From the NCBI GenBank assembly GCA_031490075.1, contig GCA_031490075.1_4354.1: 44,632 nucleotides of DNA; one strand, 5' to 3'. Below, in pieces: positions 26,356-35,685 of the stretch. Every line of letters starts with the position of its first letter. Within the stretch, counting starts at the first letter, position 1. This stretch comes from a phage. The notes under the pieces are model-generated. The model had not been told where the DNA came from, made no database searches, and worked only from the letters and a program-made list of their open reading frames with translations. The translations under genes and the position numbers were made by a program.

Positions 26356-26775
26356 CTACTTTTCCTGTAATGCTTTACGTTCAGCGTTATGAAACGCCGC
26401 TACTTGTGTCCCAAGCCCTTTGAACTGGTCGAGCAATTTGTTAAACGCTTCCTTAGAGAAAGGCTCGTCGTCAAAGCTCCAGCCGTTTACGACTTCTGCC
26501 GCGAGTTGTCGGTTGAGGTCTTCCGCCAGTTCGTTAACCGACAGGTTGTACTCAGTATAGTCGCCGGATTCTTTGGCGGCTTTTTCCAGTTCTTCAAAGC
26601 GCGCCAACCCGCGACGGTACGCGATAATGAAAGCACGCCCCGCTTTAACGGCAGCATCTGCATCCGGGCTTACAACATTAAGCCACTCGCCAGAGTCTTC
26701 GCCGTTTGGTAGCAGAATCGGCATCTTCTTGCCTACCAGTGCTTTCTCTTCGTAATAAAAATCAGAAAGTTTCAT
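26356..26775 (-). CDS. Tail assembly chaperone (gpG-like)
   Basis: Position between the major tail gene and the tape measure gene; ends in GGAAAAG-TAG. Confidence 0.55.
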   Translation of the reverse strand: MKLSDFYYEEKALVGKKMPILLPNGEDSGEWLNVVSPDADAAVKAGRAFIIAYRRGLARFEELEKAAKESGDYTEYNLSVNELAEDLNRQLAAEVVNGWSFDDEPFSKEAFNKLLDQFKGLGTQVAAFHNAERKALQEK

Positions 26776-26884
26776 TCTTTAATCCTTTGGTTAAGAGGTT
26801 ACGGGTTAACGATAAATGCGCCAGACGGGAACCACCCGCTTTTCGTGTGCGACACTAGGCGCAAAAATTATTCTACCACAATAC

Positions 26885-26913
26885 TTGCACACCCCAATAT
26901 AATAGGGTACTAT
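26885..26913 (+). promoter_or_regulatory. Sigma70-like promoter with embedded palindrome (TTGCAC-N17-TACTAT)
   Basis: TTGCAC, 17-bp spacer, TACTAT; AATAG-N4-CTATT at 26901-26914; GGAGGGG SD follows. Confidence 0.65.
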
Positions 26914-26943
26914 TCACTTACACCAACAATGGAGGGGTTTAAA

Positions 26944-27135
26944 ATGTCCAGTTTACCAGTTTCCTTAATTCTGTTTGCACTGCTCGCTTATTTCGCGCCT
27001 TTCCTGGTTGCGTATTTCCGTAACCATAAAGCGAAATTAGCGATATTCATGGCTAATCTGTTTCTTGGATGGGTTCTGCTGCCGTGGGTATTTATTTTAA
27101 TCTGGGCTTGCAACTCGAATGTCAAAGAGAAGTGA
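26944..27135 (+). CDS. Small membrane protein (two predicted helices)
   Basis: 63 aa, mostly hydrophobic; start placed at ATG 26944 downstream of the promoter (the longest ORF from 26845 would include the promoter). Confidence 0.5.
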   Translation: MSSLPVSLILFALLAYFAPFLVAYFRNHKAKLAIFMANLFLGWVLLPWVFILIWACNSNVKEK

Positions 27136-27172
27136 GCTAGTATAGGACAAATCCTAAGCACGAGGAATAAAC

Positions 27173-28303
27173 ATGGCCCGGAAGAAAATAACCGACGAAC
27201 AGTTGCAGGAAGAATTGAACGCCGGTATGAAGAATGTAGATATCGCCCGTAAATACGGCATCTCAGACCGCGTAATTCGTATCCGTAAAGCGAAGCTGGC
27301 TAAGAAAGGCGTGGGCCACGGGCGCGACGTTAGCCACCTTGTGCCAGACGGCTACAAGATTAAAGGAACGTCGTCACTTGTGGACGAGTTCGGCAACACT
27401 AAGTTGCAATGGGTTAAGACTGATACCGACGCCGAACGTCAGGTTGAATTGATGAAAGCCGTAATAGAGGGCATGAAGTCAGAGATTACGCCCGTTGCGC
27501 CTGTTAAAGCGGCGCGCGCCAAACGTGACGACAAGCTACTCAATCTTTACACTGTATCTGATTTCCATCTCGGTATGCTGGCATGGGCCGATGAGAGCGG
27601 CGACGACTGGGACATGAAGATTGCAGAAGACCTGTTCTCTCGGTGGTTCGACGCGGCGTTTCAGAAAGCACCGGATGCAGGAACAGGAGTTATTAACCTG
27701 CTTGGGGACTTCGCACACTTCGATAGTCTTGATGCCGTTACCCCCGAGTAGCGCCATGTATTAGATGCGGATACTCGCTATCAGAAACTGGTACGTTACA
27801 TGATTCGTATGGTCCGCCGTGTTGTTGATATGGCGCTGGTTAAGCATCACACAGTAAAACTTTTAATCGTTCAAGGTAACCACGACCCTGTTGGCTCCGT
27901 ATGGCTTGCTGAAATGTTCACGGTTTTATACTCAAACGACAGCCGAGTGATTGTTGATACGTCGCCGGATGTTTACAAGATGGTGCAACACGGCAAAACG
28001 ACGCTGTTCTTCCATCACGGGCATAAAGCACGATTCGACGCTATCGAACCGGTTATGATTGCCAAGTTCCGTAAAGCGTTCGGCGAGAGTGTTTACAGCT
28101 ACGCCCACGTAGGCCATCTGCACCACCAGAAGATTGTAGAAAGCCGTAACATGATTGTTGAGCAACACCGCACCTTAGCGGCTAAAGACGCCTACGCCTC
28201 TCGCGGCGGATGGATGTCGGGCCGCAGTGCAAATGTAATTACTTATAGCGCCGAATATGGCGAGGTCGCACGTTTAACTATTTCACCGGAGATGCTGGGA
28301 TGA
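27173..28303 (+). CDS. Calcineurin-like metallophosphoesterase with N-terminal HTH-like region, interrupted by an in-frame TAG at 27749-27751
   Basis: Track ORFs 27173..27751 and 27800..28303 are in the same frame with a single TAG between them. Motifs SDFHLG and LLGDFAHFD lie upstream of the stop; QGNHD, HHGH and GHLHH lie downstream. Confidence 0.65.
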
Positions 28304-28788
28304 AAGATATTGTAATTTTCGATTTAGACGGGACATTGGCCGACGGTACCCATCGCTTACACCTGTTACCAAAAGATAACTACGGAGAAACGTGGGCGTG
28401 GAAGCCATTTAACATGGCCTGCAAAGATGACGCTCCGATATACGACAATATCCATTTGTGTAGCGTACTGTGGCATTCCGGACTTACTATAATTATCCTT
28501 ACCGGGCGAAGTGATGACGCTGAGGAGGAGACTCGCGAATGGTTACGAGAGAATAACGTTAGGTTTGACACGCTAATCATGCGCAGCAAACACGACAACA
28601 GAAAAGACATCGTAATTAAAGAAGAGGTGTTGCGTGCTTTCGGACTGGAAAGAATCTTGTGTGCGTTCGACGACTCTCCAGCGGTAATAAAGCATTTCCG
28701 TGACCTCGGCATAACCGCACACGCAGTTACCGAATACGACTGTAACGGGAACTCTACACACTTAAAACCACACGGGAGCGATAAATAA
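28300..28788 (+). CDS. HAD-superfamily phosphatase (nucleotidase or polynucleotide 3'-phosphatase-like)
   Basis: N-terminal FDLDGTL is the HAD motif I; start overlaps the upstream stop. Confidence 0.7.
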   Translation: MKDIVIFDLDGTLADGTHRLHLLPKDNYGETWAWKPFNMACKDDAPIYDNIHLCSVLWHSGLTIIILTGRSDDAEEETREWLRENNVRFDTLIMRSKHDNRKDIVIKEEVLRAFGLERILCAFDDSPAVIKHFRDLGITAHAVTEYDCNGNSTHLKPHGSDK

Positions 28789-29342
28789 TGGCTAAGGTAA
28801 TTATTCTTAATGGCCCTGCGGGTTGCGGGAAAGACACGCTTGCTATGGCGCTGGTAGAAATGGGCTTTGCGAAAGGAACTACCAGTTTCAAGAATCCAAT
28901 GTTCAATATTGCTTTGGCAGCGTTAGGCCAGGATGCTTACCACGAATTTCTCGACGGCTACGACGACCGGGCGCGGAAAGAAAAACCAGAGGGTTTTCTT
29001 AATGGGTTGTCCCGCCGCCAGTTAATGATTGCCATTTCTGAGCAATTCATTAAACCGGTATTCGGCGATGATTATTTCGGTAAGTATCTTGCTGAAAACT
29101 TGCCTGACGGCGACGAAGTTTTTGTAGTGTCCGATGGTGGATTCGCCAGTGAAGTTGCCCCTATCGTCGCCGCGGGGCATGACGTGCGAATCGTCCGCCT
29201 CCATCGTGACGGCTATACGTTCATCTGCGATAGCCGTGGCTATCTGTACGATGTTAGTGGTGTAAAAGATTACGACACCTACATCATACCGGGTGACGTT
29301 AAATCGAACGTTATAGACATTGCTTTAAAATTAGGTTTGTAA
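28788..29342 (+). CDS. P-loop kinase (dNMP kinase-like)
   Basis: N-terminal VIILNGPAGCGKDT Walker A with the GKDT variant, which I recall from T4-type dNMP kinases. Confidence 0.55.
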   Translation: MAKVIILNGPAGCGKDTLAMALVEMGFAKGTTSFKNPMFNIALAALGQDAYHEFLDGYDDRARKEKPEGFLNGLSRRQLMIAISEQFIKPVFGDDYFGKYLAENLPDGDEVFVVSDGGFASEVAPIVAAGHDVRIVRLHRDGYTFICDSRGYLYDVSGVKDYDTYIIPGDVKSNVIDIALKLGL

Positions 29343-29348
29343 GAAAAA

Positions 29349-29370
29349 GGCCCCGAAAGGGGCCTTAGTT
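29349..29370. terminator. Bidirectional terminator
   Basis: GGCCCC-GAAA-GGGGCC flanked by A-run and T-run; between convergent genes. Confidence 0.7.
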
Positions 29371-30543
29371 TTATGCGTAGGTGATACGTTGAATTACGAT
29401 AGACGACTGGTACTGATTGCCGGTAGCCTGGCCTTCAATGGACTGAGTGATTGACTCAGGCCCACCAATCTCAGGTGTAACCGCCGTAAGCTCTGCACGT
29501 TTCAAACTGAAAGACATAGCCCCGTTTACCCCTGCCAGAATAGAGTTAATCTCTACCTGCTGCTCGTTGATAAACTTCTGAATCATCGCCATGTCGTACA
29601 GCTTGCCAGAGATAGAGAATGTGTTAGCTGCGCGTCCACGTTCGACGAACGCCACGCTACTGTTACCGAGTTCGAACTGCGCGGAAGCTCCGTTGTCGTT
29701 GGTGATGGTGAGAGTATCGCAACGCAACGGCGTGGAGCCATCGAACACCGACACATCTACCGACGAGAACGGCTCATCGGTGAACGTAACCTGAGAGAAA
29801 TCAGAGCCAGACGGCTGCGCGGTAAGAATCTCCTGACTCAGGCCGATGAACGGGAAGCTGCCGGTGACCATGGCGTTAACCGCCTGCTCTACGGTAAAGC
29901 CAGAGATTTCCACACCTTTGGTCAGCATGTACGCGTCCGGGTTACCACGCCGGCCCTTGAACCACGTCAGGATGGAGAACGTCTTACACGCGTTACCGGT
30001 TTCCAGCTTGTCGCCAGTTTTTGCGTCAGTGGTTACTGTCTCTGCTGTCAGCGTGTGCTGAATACCTGCGCCCGTAACTACCAGAGCGGAAACCGCGGTC
30101 ACGATAAACGGTTTTGCGTTGTCGCCGGCTAAGTCGGTGAACGCAATAAGGTCGCCAACTTCTACACCGTCAGTAATGAAGCTACCAGCAGCGCGGGTGA
30201 ATGTTTTACCTGCTGGGGTGACCGTAATTTCGGCGCCAGTAATCTCTACCCCAGCTTGCCACGTAGAAGCCATCGCTCCCGCAAGGAAATCATCCTGGCT
30301 ACGAGAGCTAAGTTCGATGGCGTACTCCCCGCTAACCTGTTTGTTGCCGGTTCGGATGGATGTAGTTTCACGGCTGCCGTCCAGTTCGTTGGAAGTCAGT
30401 GCATCGCGGGTTACAGCGGGAACGCCGCCCGTGTTACGCAACGGCGACCATACCGGGTTAGTCGGTGTTACGCCAGGGGTATTTTCCGCCACATAGAATT
30501 GCGCGGTATTCGCGCCCTTAAAAGGAGTTGTAGCCATATTCAC
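29371..30543 (-). CDS. Major tail protein
   Basis: 390 aa, Thr/Gly/Ala-rich; position immediately upstream (in transcription order) of the chaperones and tape measure. Confidence 0.65.
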   Translation of the reverse strand: MNMATTPFKGANTAQFYVAENTPGVTPTNPVWSPLRNTGGVPAVTRDALTSNELDGSRETTSIRTGNKQVSGEYAIELSSRSQDDFLAGAMASTWQAGVEITGAEITVTPAGKTFTRAAGSFITDGVEVGDLIAFTDLAGDNAKPFIVTAVSALVVTGAGIQHTLTAETVTTDAKTGDKLETGNACKTFSILTWFKGRRGNPDAYMLTKGVEISGFTVEQAVNAMVTGSFPFIGLSQEILTAQPSGSDFSQVTFTDEPFSSVDVSVFDGSTPLRCDTLTITNDNGASAQFELGNSSVAFVERGRAANTFSISGKLYDMAMIQKFINEQQVEINSILAGVNGAMSFSLKRAELTAVTPEIGGPESITQSIEGQATGNQYQSSIVIQRITYA

Positions 30544-30956
30544 AGCCTCTTGGTGAATGCAATAAAGTTAATTGACAATGGTCGTTTGGCCCATCCGTTT
30601 TCTACAATCAGCGGCCCCAGGCTAACCGATTGAACCTCGGCGCAGATGTCGTTACGCGAAAATGCCTTACCTGATTTAAACGCCGTGTTAAGTAAGTCTG
30701 CCATTTTATTGATTGGCGCGCTACCTTTCACCGATGCGTAGTTAATGTCTATCTGATAGACACCGGCGCGTTGTTCCGTGAAGAATAAGTCAGCCTGCTC
30801 GGTATCCGCCAGCAACATGTAACTTGCCAGATACGGCGTATCTGTTGACGTCGGCGCGTCGATGTTTTCAAGCGCTACCTTGATGCCGTTGGTGGTTCCG
30901 AAGGCTACCAGCGGCACATCAAACGCTTTTGTTAAGTCCTCAAAGTAGCCCATCAT
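30540..30956 (-). CDS. Tail terminator / tail completion protein (by position)
   Basis: Gene immediately preceding the major tail gene; overlapping junctions. Confidence 0.45.
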   Translation of the reverse strand: MMGYFEDLTKAFDVPLVAFGTTNGIKVALENIDAPTSTDTPYLASYMLLADTEQADLFFTEQRAGVYQIDINYASVKGSAPINKMADLLNTAFKSGKAFSRNDICAEVQSVSLGPLIVENGWAKRPLSINFIAFTKRL

Positions 30957-31348
30957 CTCACCTTGCTAGCTTCTTCGTTAATGAGTTGCTGGAAGCGGGA
31001 CACGTTAGTCCTGACGAATCCTTGCGGGGCCTGTTGCGACCAGCCATACTCAAGCCGTTGTGCATACGGCAGGTTATTTGTCAGCGTGAACTCATGCCAG
31101 TCGGTGGCTTTCAGCACGAAACTTGTAGCGTTTCCGGTTGCTGTGTTTCCTGATTTATCCGTAGCATCCGTAATCCCGGAAGCAGGAGTACCGCCAGATG
31201 CCATCCAGTTCATGCGAAACCGACCAGTATCTACCGGACTCGCCTTTATAATAGCGGAAAACAGCTTGATAGACACCTGACGCATCACCTTCTCAGGGTT
31301 CTTCTTCGCCTTTTCCACGAACTTAGAGACGTCCAGCGCGAAACTCAT
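30953..31348 (-). CDS. HK97 gp10-like neck/tail completion protein
   Basis: SPVDTGRFRMNW resembles the conserved P-x-DTG-x-LR motif of the HK97 gp10 family. Confidence 0.55.
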   Translation of the reverse strand: MSFALDVSKFVEKAKKNPEKVMRQVSIKLFSAIIKASPVDTGRFRMNWMASGGTPASGITDATDKSGNTATGNATSFVLKATDWHEFTLTNNLPYAQRLEYGWSQQAPQGFVRTNVSRFQQLINEEASKVR

Positions 31349-31704
31349 TTTCTCACCTGAATAAAGTAGGCCACAACATCATCGTTAACCACCTTCTTCT
31401 CAATGGCTACGACGGACCATTGCTCGCCGCCGAATTGCACCTTGTCTTCCATCTTCGGAACTACGCTGTAATCGGCTTTAACAATCATGTCACCCGCCTG
31501 AATCGTCGTACCGTTCACCAGTCCCACGTTTACAGGAACCGGAACGGCCTTCAACGGCAACACTTCATCCGCAGACCAGACGTATTCACCGAGAACTTCA
31601 TCCCACACTTTCGAGCCAGCGCGAACAAGAGACACCGTACTACCGAATTTGGTTAGCAGGCGTGTGCCGACGCCTTGCATACGTTTACTGAAAGCGGTGC
31701 TCAT
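31345..31704 (-). CDS. Head-tail connector protein (by position)
   Basis: Start placed at ATG 31704, coupled to the small ORF upstream; the longest ORF extends to 31791. Confidence 0.4.
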   Translation of the reverse strand: MSTAFSKRMQGVGTRLLTKFGSTVSLVRAGSKVWDEVLGEYVWSADEVLPLKAVPVPVNVGLVNGTTIQAGDMIVKADYSVVPKMEDKVQFGGEQWSVVAIEKKVVNDDVVAYFIQVRK

Positions 31705-31832
31705 GTTGACTCCCCGCAAACCGCTAAAAATATAATTAGAGCTGTTGTTGATACCAGCGCAAACACTGATACCAAAAATTCGTACTTCCACAAAAAATCA
31801 GAGTTAATCCACATATTAATTATTTTACGCAT
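31701..31832 (-). CDS. Small hydrophobic peptide nested between neck genes
   Basis: 43 aa; start overlaps the stop of 31832..32446 and its stop overlaps the ATG at 31704. Confidence 0.35.
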   Translation of the reverse strand: MRKIINMWINSDFLWKYEFLVSVFALVSTTALIIFLAVCGEST

Positions 31833-32446
31833 TACACGGCCTCCAGTCTCGAAATAACCAGTAGCGCGGACGGTGCCGTGCCCCATGCAGTTACAGTAGC
31901 CACCTGCGGATATACGCCTCCGAAGTTAGTCCCGGCGCTATCTCGCATAATCTGAACGGCGAATGTTTGCCCGGCGGTTGGGTTAATCACTACACGGGAT
32001 TCAATAGGGATGGTGGTTTCCGAGCTAACAAGTTTCGTAGCTGCTGGTGAGCCGTACTGAGCGCCGTTAATGAGGATACGCGACAACAGGATAGGCGTTC
32101 CGCTAGCGCCGGAGCGACCGGCCTGTAACTTGATGCGAACGGCATAGTTACCCGCGGTGTTGAATGTAACCAGCCCCGCAGCATTAATCATTACCGGGTC
32201 AGATGCACTACCCTGAGCAGAGCCGAACGATACCTGCAACGCCGTATCTACTGCGGTAGGTGCTTGCGCTACTGTCGACGCAGCGCGGAGAACTTCAACC
32301 TCTTTAACACCCGGAGTGGCGTAAATAGGTGAGTCAGCCATCTGGGTTAATACCCCGCGCAACTTCGCAGGCGTAATAAGTCCGGTCGTGTTGTCCGGTA
32401 GCTCGGAACCGATTAGCGTGAATATCTCTGATTTAGTCTTCGCCAT
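31832..32446 (-). CDS. Structural protein of the head-tail junction (unassigned)
   Basis: Position in neck gene block. Confidence 0.4.
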   Translation of the reverse strand: MAKTKSEIFTLIGSELPDNTTGLITPAKLRGVLTQMADSPIYATPGVKEVEVLRAASTVAQAPTAVDTALQVSFGSAQGSASDPVMINAAGLVTFNTAGNYAVRIKLQAGRSGASGTPILLSRILINGAQYGSPAATKLVSSETTIPIESRVVINPTAGQTFAVQIMRDSAGTNFGGVYPQVATVTAWGTAPSALLVISRLEAV

Positions 32447-32448
32447 TT

Positions 32449-32961
32449 TTAACCCCGGTACACGTTAAACGAGAAACCATTGTTAAGACCGCCACACAAT
32501 AACGGGCGTAAAGCGTCGTCAGCAGCGGTAATCGCGGTCGTAGCGCCACTGTTGCCATTGTTGAAGTAGGTCACTGTTACCGCACCCTCGACACGCTCAG
32601 TCTGCACGGCGCGACCGTCTGAGTTAGCCCGGACTTCGGTGCCCTCGCCATATGTAGCGGCAGCGATTACCTGCGCAAGAATCACCTGTTTCGGAATGGC
32701 GTTGTTGACCACCGGGAACCCGTTTAACGTAACGCCGGTGCGGGGGTATGCAAGAGACTGTTCGGCGGATACTCGACGACCGCACATCTGCGGTTCTGCA
32801 AGCCCTACATAAGTAGCACCGTTGCGTAAGGCCACCTCTGCTGCGGTATCGTCTTCCGGCAGCTCAAGGCCATAATTAGCCGCTAACGCGCGGGCGTCAG
32901 CCAGACTAATGTAACTGTCGGCATTTGGGACGATCACCCCAGTTTCCACGATTAGCGGCAT
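32449..32961 (-). CDS. Structural protein of the head-tail junction (unassigned)
   Basis: Position in neck gene block. Confidence 0.4.
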   Translation of the reverse strand: MPLIVETGVIVPNADSYISLADARALAANYGLELPEDDTAAEVALRNGATYVGLAEPQMCGRRVSAEQSLAYPRTGVTLNGFPVVNNAIPKQVILAQVIAAATYGEGTEVRANSDGRAVQTERVEGAVTVTYFNNGNSGATTAITAADDALRPLLCGGLNNGFSFNVYRG

Positions 32962-33180
32962 AAATTATTCCTCTGACTTACGGCGACGACGCTTAGTACC
33001 ACCGCCGTTGTTGTGCGCTTCTTCATTGTCTGGTTGGGTTGCAACCAGTTCATCCGCTTCTACCACACCGCGAACAGGCATCACCTGTCCGTCAACGATA
33101 TCAACGTGGGTATACTTTTCGCGGATTACGTAATTATCTGCCATGACCTTTCCTTATTACAGCCCCGAAGGGCCGTTGTA

Positions 33181-33531
33181 TTAAGACACAGTTGCTACGG
33201 TGCTGCTGGAGATAATATTACCATACACATCGTGAACAACCACTTTATACGTGCCTGAATCTGCGGTAGTAGTGGACGCCTTCGCATAGGTAGCTGCGGT
33301 GGCTCCGTCGATGGCGTTGTTATCTTTGTACCACTGGTAGGAATACGGCTCCAGACCGCCAGTTACCACTACGGTAAGAGTCATAGTCTGCCCCACCTTA
33401 ACTGCGGTGGTAGCCGCAAGCGCGGTAGAAAAAGACGCTGGCGAGATATTCGCCATATCGATTTCAACCTGACCATCGGCAGGAGAATCATCAGAAACAC
33501 CGGTAATGCGACGTTTGATTACATCAACCAT
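33181..33531 (-). CDS. Ig-like domain protein (possible capsid decoration)
   Basis: LEPYSYQWYKDNNAI...DSGTYKVVV resembles immunoglobulin-like (I-set type) repeats. Confidence 0.5.
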   Translation of the reverse strand: MVDVIKRRITGVSDDSPADGQVEIDMANISPASFSTALAATTAVKVGQTMTLTVVVTGGLEPYSYQWYKDNNAIDGATAATYAKASTTTADSGTYKVVVHDVYGNIISSSTVATVS

Positions 33532-33565
33532 TTTTAAGCTCCTTTAGCTTACAGTTCCTGCGTCT

Positions 33566-33790
33566 TTAAGCGCAGTCACCAGATTTGCTACGGTAGTGCG
33601 CAGCGCGGTAACATCGGTTCGGAGTTTGTTGTACCCCGGCGGCGGCGGTAATGGCCGCAGGTGCAGCCACAGTAGCTGACTTTTTAACCCCACCAACTAC
33701 GCTGGTAGTAGCAGGCGTGACTGGGATATCAAAGTCACCGAAGTCGACATTCTGAAGGCTGCGCGGCAAGCCTTTTCCGGTCTTAGCCAT
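33566..33790 (-). CDS. Hypothetical small protein
   Basis: ORF just downstream of the capsid gene. Confidence 0.35.
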   Translation of the reverse strand: MAKTGKGLPRSLQNVDFGDFDIPVTPATTSVVGGVKKSATVAAPAAITAAAGVQQTPNRCYRAAHYRSKSGDCA

Positions 33791-33849
33791 AATTTACCTC
33801 TTAGTAAATGAAAAGAGGGACCGAAGTCCCTCTCGATTATAGCTTAACC

Positions 33850-34899
33850 TTAAGCACCAACACCAGTTACCAGGAAGGCAATCGGTACGTGCTTGCGGTC
33901 AACCACACGGTTCCAGTTGGAGGCGTTCGCCAGGTCCTGCCAGGAAGCAGAGCGCGGGGTAGTCTCGGTGCCGTTGCCAGTGATTACTGCACTGGTGAAG
34001 CTGTAACCAAACGGATGTAGCAACCAGGTCTTACGGGTCCACAGGGTTTCAACGCCGCCGCCGTTGCCGCGGGACGCTTCGCGCTCGTATTCCAGCGGGT
34101 TGGACGGAGAACCTTCACCGTAACCGATAGCGCCGTTGCCGAAGATGATGGAGATGAACTTACTGGTCGAGCCAGTGACGACTACGGTCATGCTGTCGTC
34201 AACAATCACGCGGTAGCCCTGGTAGGTGGCGAACATGGTGTTGTTGTCCGCGTCACGGATGAAGTCGATAAGCTGCTGCTTACGTGCCTGCGCATAAACG
34301 AAGCTATGCATCGCGATAGCCCCCCGCACTTCACCGCCGTTGCCCATCAGAGCATCGCCCATAGTCTGGGTAGCGTCGATGAACGCGCCCGCATCGAAGC
34401 CCAGAGTAGCAGACACGTCGATTACCATGTCATTCCGCTCGTGGTATGCGTCGGTAGCGGCTACGTTGTCATTGTACAGCCCGAGCGCGGTAGCAATCAG
34501 ACGGCGTTGTGCCTGACGCTGCCAGAAGTTATCCAGACGTGACGCTACGGATTGCAGCGGGTTCTGGCTGGTCAGTTCAACGGTCAAATCCGCCTGACCG
34601 AAACCTTCGTTCAGGTACGCAACGCGCGCCATCATCTCGCCGGTCTGCACGTTACGCGGGGTGGCGATGTCCTGGTATACGTCGTTCGAGTAGTTCGGCT
34701 CGATAGAGGTATCAATCGCTTTCCAGAAAGGAATATTAGCGACGTTGGACGGGCCGCGGGCAATCTCGGCAGCGTACGGGGTCGGGGTCAGAATACCAGA
34801 CTGGAAGAACGCGGTTTTTTCTACCGGGTCCTCGGTCATATAAGACGCCAGGACCGGGATGTTGCCAGTTACGATATCGCCGATAGTGGTAATTGCCAT
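33850..34899 (-). CDS. Major capsid protein
   Basis: 349 aa, directly after the scaffold-like gene; GAGGAAA SD; composition typical of capsid proteins. Confidence 0.65.
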   Translation of the reverse strand: MAITTIGDIVTGNIPVLASYMTEDPVEKTAFFQSGILTPTPYAAEIARGPSNVANIPFWKAIDTSIEPNYSNDVYQDIATPRNVQTGEMMARVAYLNEGFGQADLTVELTSQNPLQSVASRLDNFWQRQAQRRLIATALGLYNDNVAATDAYHERNDMVIDVSATLGFDAGAFIDATQTMGDALMGNGGEVRGAIAMHSFVYAQARKQQLIDFIRDADNNTMFATYQGYRVIVDDSMTVVVTGSTSKFISIIFGNGAIGYGEGSPSNPLEYEREASRGNGGGVETLWTRKTWLLHPFGYSFTSAVITGNGTETTPRSASWQDLANASNWNRVVDRKHVPIAFLVTGVGA

Positions 34900-34901
34900 T
34901 A

Positions 34902-35603
34902 TTATTTCCTCAGGGCTTTAAGTTGCCGTTCAAATTCGGCAGGGTTCGATTTATACAGGGCTAAACGCTCTGCTTCACTCATGTCTTTAAACGCTGGTGC
35001 GGCCCCGCCGCCTTTGCTACCGGAAGCCCCGCCGCCGGAAGCTGCATTTGCTTTGATCAAATGCGAAAACGCCTTGTGTTCGCGCAGGTATTTGCGGAAC
35101 TGTTCCGGGTCAGTCGTGATTACGTTACCGTCTGCACCAACAAACTTAGTAACCACATCATCGCCTTCGAACTCAGTCTTAACGAACGGCGCAAGAATGT
35201 CCACTGCTTCTGGGGTAATAAAGTCACCCGCGAAAGAGCCTAGCACCGCTTTACGTTCGCTGCCGAGGATACGCTCTGCCATTCTGGAGATGCGACCGTC
35301 TTTCTCGGCTAACACAGGGTCGTACTGGCTACGAATCGTCTTTTCGAACTCATCCATCTTACCAGCGGCTTTTAACGCCTCCTGGTGCGCGCGCTGCCGT
35401 TCTTCTTCGGCCTCTTTTGCTTTGCGAGCGGCTTCTTTCTTCTCCGCCAACAATGCTTCCTGATTAGCCTTAAGCCCGGCAACTTCTTTCTCAATCAGCG
35501 CCTGAACTTCTTCAGCGGTGAACATTTTAGGAGCGTCACCGCCACCAGCTTTATCTTCTGCCCCAGCTTCTTCCTGGAACGGATAACGTAAAAAACGATT
35601 CAT
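34902..35603 (-). CDS. Head scaffolding protein
   Basis: Glu/Lys/Ala-rich coiled-coil protein immediately upstream of the capsid gene; ATG 35603 with GGGGA SD. Confidence 0.55.
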   Translation of the reverse strand: MNRFLRYPFQEEAGAEDKAGGGDAPKMFTAEEVQALIEKEVAGLKANQEALLAEKKEAARKAKEAEEERQRAHQEALKAAGKMDEFEKTIRSQYDPVLAEKDGRISRMAERILGSERKAVLGSFAGDFITPEAVDILAPFVKTEFEGDDVVTKFVGADGNVITTDPEQFRKYLREHKAFSHLIKANAASGGGASGSKGGGAAPAFKDMSEAERLALYKSNPAEFERQLKALRK

Positions 35604-35685
35604 AGTCAGTATGTCCCCTGGACGTTGGAACCCGGGCCACCCGGATTTACATGTCAAGAATAAATTATTCCAACATGCAAGGCAA

